In this document: positions 26,068-32,000 of the stretch, in pieces
Layout of the letters: the number at the start of each line of letters is the position of its first letter
Position numbering within the stretch: the stretch's first letter is position 1
DNA from: Geobacter sulfurreducens PCA
GTDB lineage: Bacteria > Desulfobacterota > Desulfuromonadia > Geobacterales > Geobacteraceae
Assembly (NCBI RefSeq): GCF_000007985.2
Contig: NC_002939.5
Coordinates: 1,860,001 to 1,892,000 of the forward strand
Direction of reading: 5' to 3'
DNA: 32,000 nt
Program-made: the position numbers and the translations under genes
Notes under the pieces: generated by a model
Databases searched by the model: none
Told to the model about the DNA's origin: nothing
What the model saw: only the letters and a program-made list of their open reading frames with translations

Positions 26068-27705
26068 TCAGTCATCCGTCTTGCTCACCCGGAACGATGG
26101 CGGCACGTAGCCGGCCGGCCGGAACTGCTCCGGAACCGTAACCGTGTTGCCGTCGCGCAGCTGGGAGTAGTGGGGCGACATGATCTCGACCCCGGCCTCA
26201 TTGAACGCATCCTGAATATTCTGGTGAAGCTGCGAATACAGGTTTGCCATCCGGTTCGGCTTGTCCGTGTAAGCGTTCAGTTCATAGGTCACGTAGAAAT
26301 CGTTGAGCGCTGTCTGGAGAATGAACGGTTCGGGCAGCTCAAGCACGTGCTCGGTACGGCGGGCGGCACTGATCAACAGCTCGTGGACCTGCCGCCAAGG
26401 CGTGTCATACCCGATGGTGACGCTGGTATTGAGGATCAGCCCGTATTCCTGGGCCGAAGAACTGTAGTTGACCACGTGGCTGGAAAGCAGCAACGAGTTG
26501 GGTATGGTCACGTCCACGTTCTTGATCGTTCTCAGCCTCGTAATGAGCAGGTTTTTCTCAACAACGTCTCCCACCGTCTCCCCCACCTTGATCCGATCCC
26601 CAATGCGGTACGCACGCATGTAGGTAATGATGATTCCCGCCACTACGTTGGCTACCGCCGACGTCGACCCCAGTGAAAAGAGGACCCCGAGAAAGATGGA
26701 GATCCCCTTGAACGCGGGCGATTCCGAGCCGGGAAGATAGGGGAACGCCACGGTAACCGCGAATGCAATCACCAGAAAACGGCAGATCTTGTAGGTCGGT
26801 TCCGCCCATTCTGGGAAAAATCCGGGAATGGTTATGGTGCCCTTGCCGATTTCACCGATCACGACCTTCAACAATCGGCTGATAAAGTAGGCAATCACAA
26901 CAATGACCGCGATGAAGAACAGGTTGGGCAGATAATCGGCCACGGCCTTTACCGTGATTGCCAACGGATTGGTCAGGTAATGCAGGAGCAGGGGGGCAAA
27001 ACGCCTGGTCCAAGGGAAAAAGCTCAGCACCGACAGGAGATAGACGCACACGAGCAGGAAAACAGCCAGGATCCTGATCCACCGGACCGCGCTGAGGATG
27101 ACCTGAGTTATCCGACCGGCCGAGACAATTTCGAAAGACTGGATTTTCAGATCCCGGATCCTGGTACCGCTCCATGACTCGATGGTGTTTCGCACCACGG
27201 GGTACGACCGCTTGATGATCAGGAGCAGCAGAGCCAGCAGGATCGTGACAGCAATGGTTAAGCCGGCTCCCTTGATCAGGCTGTGGACCGAATAGTCGTT
27301 GTGATAGTCCTCCAACGCCTTGCGAATAACGTCACTATACGATTGCACCAGTTCGTGCCTTGTCTTCCCTTCGGCACGGGCATCGTCATCGGTTACGGTC
27401 AGGATCAGCGTGTCACCCGCGATGATATCGGTAACCGTCTCGGCCTCAACGGCATGAACATCTGCCGGAGACACCAGAGGCGAACGCGCAAGGCGCACCA
27501 ACCGCTCGGAGATGAGAGCGGCCCGCTCCCGGGGCATCAGCGAAAGGGCGCGATGCCGCACGTAAAAGAGAGGCTTGCCGCCCAAGGTAACTGCCGCCGG
27601 AGCCTGGGCCAGGGAATTCTCGCTCACCACCGGCATGTCTGCCGAACACAGCGGGGTCGCCAGCAAGCCAGCCAGCAGGGCGACTATCACGATCACGAAG
27701 CGCAT
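26068..27705 (-). CDS. Mechanosensitive ion channel (MscS family) with signal peptide and an extended N-terminal region
   Basis: MscS core: TM3 VVAGIIITYMRAYRIGDRIKVGETVGDVVEKNLLITRLRT..NVDVTIPNS. I prefer ATG 27705 (MRFVIVIVALLAGLL, RBS GGGAGGA upstream). The ORF track extends to 27744. Confidence 0.85.
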   Translation of the reverse strand: MRFVIVIVALLAGLLATPLCSADMPVVSENSLAQAPAAVTLGGKPLFYVRHRALSLMPRERAALISERLVRLARSPLVSPADVHAVEAETVTDIIAGDTLILTVTDDDARAEGKTRHELVQSYSDVIRKALEDYHNDYSVHSLIKGAGLTIAVTILLALLLLIIKRSYPVVRNTIESWSGTRIRDLKIQSFEIVSAGRITQVILSAVRWIRILAVFLLVCVYLLSVLSFFPWTRRFAPLLLHYLTNPLAITVKAVADYLPNLFFIAVIVVIAYFISRLLKVVIGEIGKGTITIPGFFPEWAEPTYKICRFLVIAFAVTVAFPYLPGSESPAFKGISIFLGVLFSLGSTSAVANVVAGIIITYMRAYRIGDRIKVGETVGDVVEKNLLITRLRTIKNVDVTIPNSLLLSSHVVNYSSSAQEYGLILNTSVTIGYDTPWRQVHELLISAARRTEHVLELPEPFILQTALNDFYVTYELNAYTDKPNRMANLYSQLHQNIQDAFNEAGVEIMSPHYSQLRDGNTVTVPEQFRPAGYVPPSFRVSKTDD

Positions 27706-28018
27706 TGTTCCTCCCGGACGGGGTAGAGGTTGTAACCAGGGCATCTGTTAATTGTATTGAGCAATTTCAGGTGCCGGTACGAGTCGGAGTTCAGGACCTG
27801 AAGCTGGAGTGAATCATTTTAAGCTTACCATAAGCTGCGAGAGCTATCCGTACCGCCTCCTGCCTGATTCGTGTCCTAAGCTGGAGCGGCAGTCGATCAA
27901 CGAAGCCTGGTTCAATGCTCAAGGGAGCGGCTTCAGAGCCGGGTAGACTCAACCCGACTTTGCCCTTGAACAATGCCGTCGGTTAACTGTATGTTGACGC
28001 TAAAAGGACACAAGCAGC

Positions 28019-29275
28019 ATGACGAGATACCGTTTTTTCCACACCGCCGACATCCACCTCGGCAAAACCTACCGCACATCCACCGGTGAGGCTGAACGCT
28101 ACGAAGACTTCTTCCGCATGCTCGGCAGCATTGTGTCCGACGCCATTGCGGCAAGGGTCGATTTCGTTCTGATTGCTGGCGACCTCTTCCACACCGGGCA
28201 GATTCTCCCCCGTACCTTCGCCCGGACCATCGAGACACTTCAGCCGCTCAAGAACGCCGGCATCCCCTGCATTGCCGTGGAAGGGAACCACGACTGGATA
28301 CACCGCCGCGACAGCATCTCGTGGATGGAAGCGCTGTCGCAGATGGGTTATATCCACCTGCTGCGCCCCAGCCGTACTGAGACCGGCGGCTACCGCTTCA
28401 GTCCCTTTGATTACGAACAGGGCATGGGCGGCCACATCGAGGTCAACGGAGTCAACATCTACGGCCTCGGCTACATCGGCACCCAGGCGGGCGCCCACGT
28501 AGCGCGCATCTGCGAGGCTATCACCACCACGAATAACATCCTCCTCTTCCATGTGGGTGTCTGGACCTACTCACCGGTTGAGATCGGCAACATGAAGCCG
28601 GAGGAGGCGCTCCCCCTGGCCGATGTCTTCGACTACGTGGCCTTGGGCCACGGCCACAAGCCCTACATCATCGCCACCCCGGAAGGCCGCGCTTACGCCT
28701 TCAATCCCGGCTCCCCCGAATGCGTCAACTTTGGCGAGGAAAAGTACGACAAGGGGTATTACCTCGTTACTGTCAATGACGGAGTCTATACCCATGAGTT
28801 TCGGCCGACCAATCCCCGCCCCATGCTGGTGACCACCATTGACCTGGATGGCGCCGGAGATGCGGAAACGGCTCTGACGCGGTTCCGCAACGTGGTTGCC
28901 GCAAAGATCGCATCGTTCAGCGATGACCGTCAGCCGCTCCTGGAGATCAAGCTCACCGGCCGGGTCGGCTTCCACCCCTTTGAGCTGGGGCGGGAACGGC
29001 TTCGCCTGGCCCTTGAGGAGATCTGCAACCCTCTCCATGTGGAGATCAAGAACCACCTCTCCCTGGTCACTGCCGGGGGGGGCGCAGAATCCGAAAAGAA
29101 GAGCCTCGCCGAGATCGAGCGGGAGGTGCTCAGGGAGTTGATATCCGCCAAGAGCGAGTACAAGGGGCGGGAGGATGAACTGGTGCGGCTCTCCCTGGCG
29201 ATCCGCGACCAGGTGCTCAAGGGGGAGACGGACGGCGAAGAGTTGCTGGGACTTCTGATGCGGGAGCCTGCCTGA
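28019..29275 (+). CDS. sbcD: Mre11/SbcD-family DNA repair exonuclease
   Basis: 418 aa with calcineurin-like phosphoesterase motifs FHTADIHLG, AGDLFH, GNHD and LGHGH. The stop overlaps the sbcC start (TGATG). Confidence 0.85.
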   Translation: MTRYRFFHTADIHLGKTYRTSTGEAERYEDFFRMLGSIVSDAIAARVDFVLIAGDLFHTGQILPRTFARTIETLQPLKNAGIPCIAVEGNHDWIHRRDSISWMEALSQMGYIHLLRPSRTETGGYRFSPFDYEQGMGGHIEVNGVNIYGLGYIGTQAGAHVARICEAITTTNNILLFHVGVWTYSPVEIGNMKPEEALPLADVFDYVALGHGHKPYIIATPEGRAYAFNPGSPECVNFGEEKYDKGYYLVTVNDGVYTHEFRPTNPRPMLVTTIDLDGAGDAETALTRFRNVVAAKIASFSDDRQPLLEIKLTGRVGFHPFELGRERLRLALEEICNPLHVEIKNHLSLVTAGGGAESEKKSLAEIEREVLRELISAKSEYKGREDELVRLSLAIRDQVLKGETDGEELLGLLMREPA

Positions 29276-31716
29276 TGCGGATACTCTCCATCCATCTGAA
29301 GAACATAAAATCCCACCGCGACACGGAGCTGACCTTCTCCGCCGGTATCAATGTCCTTTCCGGCCCCAACGGCGTCGGCAAGAGCACGGTGTTCGAGGCG
29401 ATCGGCTACGCTCTGTTCGGGGTGGACGCCCGGGACTTCGTCTCCAACGTGGACCGGTTTCTCTCCATCGGCACCAAGAAGGGAGAGATCGCCGTCGCCT
29501 TCTGCACGGATGCCGGAGAAACCTGGCGGGTGACCCGAACCGTCGGCACCCCGGCCAAGTGGCTCCTGGCCAGGGAGCAGGGTGGGGCCTTCGAGGTGGA
29601 GGAGCACGCCCGAATCGAAGAAACCGAGGCCCGCATCGCCGAACTCCTCGGTCTCGACAACGGCCGTCCCCTGGCGGAGCAGTTCAAACTGGTGATCGGC
29701 CCCTTCCAGAACGAATTCCTCGGCCCATTCGTCATCAAGCAGCCCACCAAACGCCAGGAGGCCTTCGACGAGATCCTCGGCATCGATGCCTGGCGCAAGA
29801 CCTACAAGAGCACCAGCTCGCTCCTCTCCGCTGTGCAGGAAAAAATCAAGATTATCGCCGTGGAGATTGAGGCGAAAGAAGCCCAGGTTGCGGTCCTGCC
29901 CGAGCGTGAGGATGAACTGGCAAAGATAAAAACCGATGCCGAGGCGCTCCGGAAAGTCCTTTCATCACAAGCGGATGCCCTGCGGGACGTGGAGAAGCAG
30001 CTGGTCGAGCTCGATGACCAGGAAAAGGGAATAGCCGCGCTCCAGGCCGAGATCCAGATCCTCGTTAACCGCATCACTGATGGCGAAGGCAAGATCAAGG
30101 ATCAGGGGCAAAGGGTAGGGGAGGCGGAGAAGGCCGGCGGGGTTCTGGAGCAGACGCGGGCGGGCAAGGAGGCTTTCGAACGGGCCGAATCGCGGCTGGC
30201 GGAGTTGGTGAGTAAAGACAAACAGCGTCGAGAGGTCGAGAAGGACGTTACCCGCCTTGAAAATGAGACCCAGCGCCTGACGCAGGCAGTCGAGCATGAA
30301 CAGAAGGAGATTGAAGGGGAGGGGCGCCGCCTCAGAGAGGAAGAGGACGCCCTTGCCAAAGCCCGGAACGAACTAGAGCCGGACCGGAAGGTGGTGGACA
30401 CGGCTGGCCGGCTGCCAGGACTTCGCGACGAGATCAATCGCGTTCGCTCGGAAAAGGGACTCCTGGAAGGGCGCCGCATCGGACTTCTGGAGGGGCAGGA
30501 GAAGCTTGGCGAAGGGACATGCCCCTTTTTCAAGGAGCCCTGCCGGAACGTGGCCGGAACCACGCCGAAAGACGTGTTCACCACGAGGATTGCCGAGCTT
30601 GACCGGAAGATGCAGGCACTCACCGAGGCCTTGGGCAAACTATCCGTAGAGGTGGCTGACGCCGAGGCGGCCGAGAAACAGCTTGCCGCCCTGACAGTCC
30701 GGAGCCAGGAACTGCACAAACAGACGATGGGCTTGGTTGAACGCCGCGCCAGAAATGAAAAACGCGTCGCTACGTTGCAGACATTGTCAACGCAACAGAT
30801 CGAAGCGGCCACCCGGGCTAAAGCGCGCAGGGACGATCTTCAGGTCTTTGCCGGCCTTGACCATGAGATTGAACGTGCAACCGCAGAGCGGGGCCGGTTC
30901 CAGGCCGACCGCGATGCCTACCATGCCCACGAAAAGGATGCCCTGGATCTGGATAACCGGCGCCAGACCCTGGAGAAGATGCTCCGGCTCCTGGATGAGT
31001 TGCAGAAGCAACTCATCGGGAAGAAAGAGGAACTTATCCGGCTTCAGGAAACCTATAAACCGGGCCAGCACAAGGAAGCCCGTGACCAGAAAGACCGGCT
31101 GGTAGCGCAAGTCGCCTCGCTAGGCCAGCAGATCGAAAATCTGGAGAAGGACCGGAAGCGCCTTGAGGATGAAATCGGCAAACTGAAGCTGCTTAAAGAC
31201 GAGATTGGGCGGAAGCAGGCCGAGAGGAACTCCTTCGAACAGAAGGAGAAACTCGTCAAATTCCTCCGCAACCAGGTCTTCAAGAACGTCTCAGCCCAAC
31301 TCTCGGAGCGGTTCCGGGAGGAAATCAGCCTCCGCGCCGACCGGATCTACCGCACCATTGCCGAGGCCGATGAGGAACTGGTCTGGTCCGAGAACTACCA
31401 GATCGTGCTGCGAGACATGACGGACGGCGTTGTTCGCGAACGGAGCGACGACCAGCTCTCCGGCGGCCAGACCATGAGCGCCGTAGTGGCCCTGCGGCTG
31501 GCACTGCTTCAGACCATCGGCGCCCGGATCGCATTTTTTGACGAACCGACATCCAACCTTGATGCCTCGCGGCGGGAAAACCTGGCCACCGCATTCCGCG
31601 CCATCGATGTAGGCCGGGAAGAGGTCACCGAACACTGGTACGACCAACTGTTCCTCATCAGCCATGATGTAGCCTTCACCGAGATTACGGATCAGATGAT
31701 TCAACTGGGCGAGTGA
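29275..31716 (+). CDS. sbcC: Rad50/SbcC-family ATPase (SMC-like, long coiled coil)
   Basis: 813 aa with Walker A GPNGVGKST, ~550 aa of heptad-rich coiled coil, signature LSGGQ, Walker B IAFFDEPTSNLD and His-loop ISHD. A Cys pair (CPFFKEPC) sits at the coiled-coil midpoint. Confidence 0.85.
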   Translation: MRILSIHLKNIKSHRDTELTFSAGINVLSGPNGVGKSTVFEAIGYALFGVDARDFVSNVDRFLSIGTKKGEIAVAFCTDAGETWRVTRTVGTPAKWLLAREQGGAFEVEEHARIEETEARIAELLGLDNGRPLAEQFKLVIGPFQNEFLGPFVIKQPTKRQEAFDEILGIDAWRKTYKSTSSLLSAVQEKIKIIAVEIEAKEAQVAVLPEREDELAKIKTDAEALRKVLSSQADALRDVEKQLVELDDQEKGIAALQAEIQILVNRITDGEGKIKDQGQRVGEAEKAGGVLEQTRAGKEAFERAESRLAELVSKDKQRREVEKDVTRLENETQRLTQAVEHEQKEIEGEGRRLREEEDALAKARNELEPDRKVVDTAGRLPGLRDEINRVRSEKGLLEGRRIGLLEGQEKLGEGTCPFFKEPCRNVAGTTPKDVFTTRIAELDRKMQALTEALGKLSVEVADAEAAEKQLAALTVRSQELHKQTMGLVERRARNEKRVATLQTLSTQQIEAATRAKARRDDLQVFAGLDHEIERATAERGRFQADRDAYHAHEKDALDLDNRRQTLEKMLRLLDELQKQLIGKKEELIRLQETYKPGQHKEARDQKDRLVAQVASLGQQIENLEKDRKRLEDEIGKLKLLKDEIGRKQAERNSFEQKEKLVKFLRNQVFKNVSAQLSERFREEISLRADRIYRTIAEADEELVWSENYQIVLRDMTDGVVRERSDDQLSGGQTMSAVVALRLALLQTIGARIAFFDEPTSNLDASRRENLATAFRAIDVGREEVTEHWYDQLFLISHDVAFTEITDQMIQLGE

Positions 31717-32000
31717 TCTCGGTGATCACGCGAACACAACCACATACCAGTGTAACGGCATATGGCTACTGAACCCGGCTCCGATCAATGCCTTTAGTCC
31801 GGCGCCGGCAAAAGGGCGAAAGCCAGGCCTTCTGAACTTCTATCCTTCACTGACACCATGAACTTTACATAATATATCTTATGGGACGTTAAATATATGG
31901 AGGTGACTCCATGAAAAGCACCAGAGCTCCACCCCCGTTGGCCATCCCCTCTGTCGGTGGCAGACGTCCTAGACATTGGCTGGATCGGCTTCGGCAATCA

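Noticed and set aside
27757-27775. Sigma-54-like element on the minus strand upstream of the MscS gene (CGGCAC-N6-TTGC)
   Set aside because: The GG-to-GC spacing is one base too long and the -24 T is missing. Sigma-54 promoters are strict about this spacing.
31911-32000. Possible plus-strand gene start (ATG 31911, 7 nt after GGAGG), and the 67-aa minus-strand ORF at 31794-31997
   Set aside because: Only 30 codons of the plus-strand frame are visible before the window ends, and it shows no motif. The minus-strand ORF has no RBS or family resemblance. Neither can be supported.

Overview
This is a high-GC chromosomal segment, apparently from a Geobacter-like deltaproteobacterium. That assignment rests on my recollection of a similar gene order in G. 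sulfurreducens, and I could not run a search to confirm it.

The left third (1-14.1 kb) is housekeeping: a TPR protein fragment, a TonB-like protein, maeB, a HIT protein/ROK glucokinase/pfkA cluster, a GAF-containing chemoreceptor, panB-panC followed by a PLP-dependent group II decarboxylase and an amidohydrolase, then smpB and tmRNA (ssrA).

A lower-GC island of about 5.3 kb is inserted into the 3' end of ssrA (14470-19800) and bounded by a perfect 20-bp direct repeat. It carries:
- a 556-aa tyrosine integrase;
- a 660-bp ORF-free stretch of degenerate repeats preceded by a perfect sigma-54 -24/-12 element;
- a Hin/resolvase-type serine recombinase with a cluster of CTATCA/TGATAG sites upstream;
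- a small secreted coiled-coil protein;
- decayed BRO-N and AntA antirepressor ORFs whose 3' parts are built from a hairpin-plus-9-mer repeat family (TAGTCCACC);
- an 82-aa orphan ORF.

The displaced ssrA 3' remnant and its terminator sit at the right island border. They are followed by a roughly 500-bp AT-rich spacer with four DnaA-box-like 9-mers.

The right half is core genome: cysH (APS-reductase type), cysD and cysN, an RHH protein, queD-queE plus a creatininase-fold gene, an MscS-family channel, and sbcD-sbcC.

The most unusual signals are the non-coding structures inside the ssrA island. No CRISPR array, rRNA or tRNA gene was seen.
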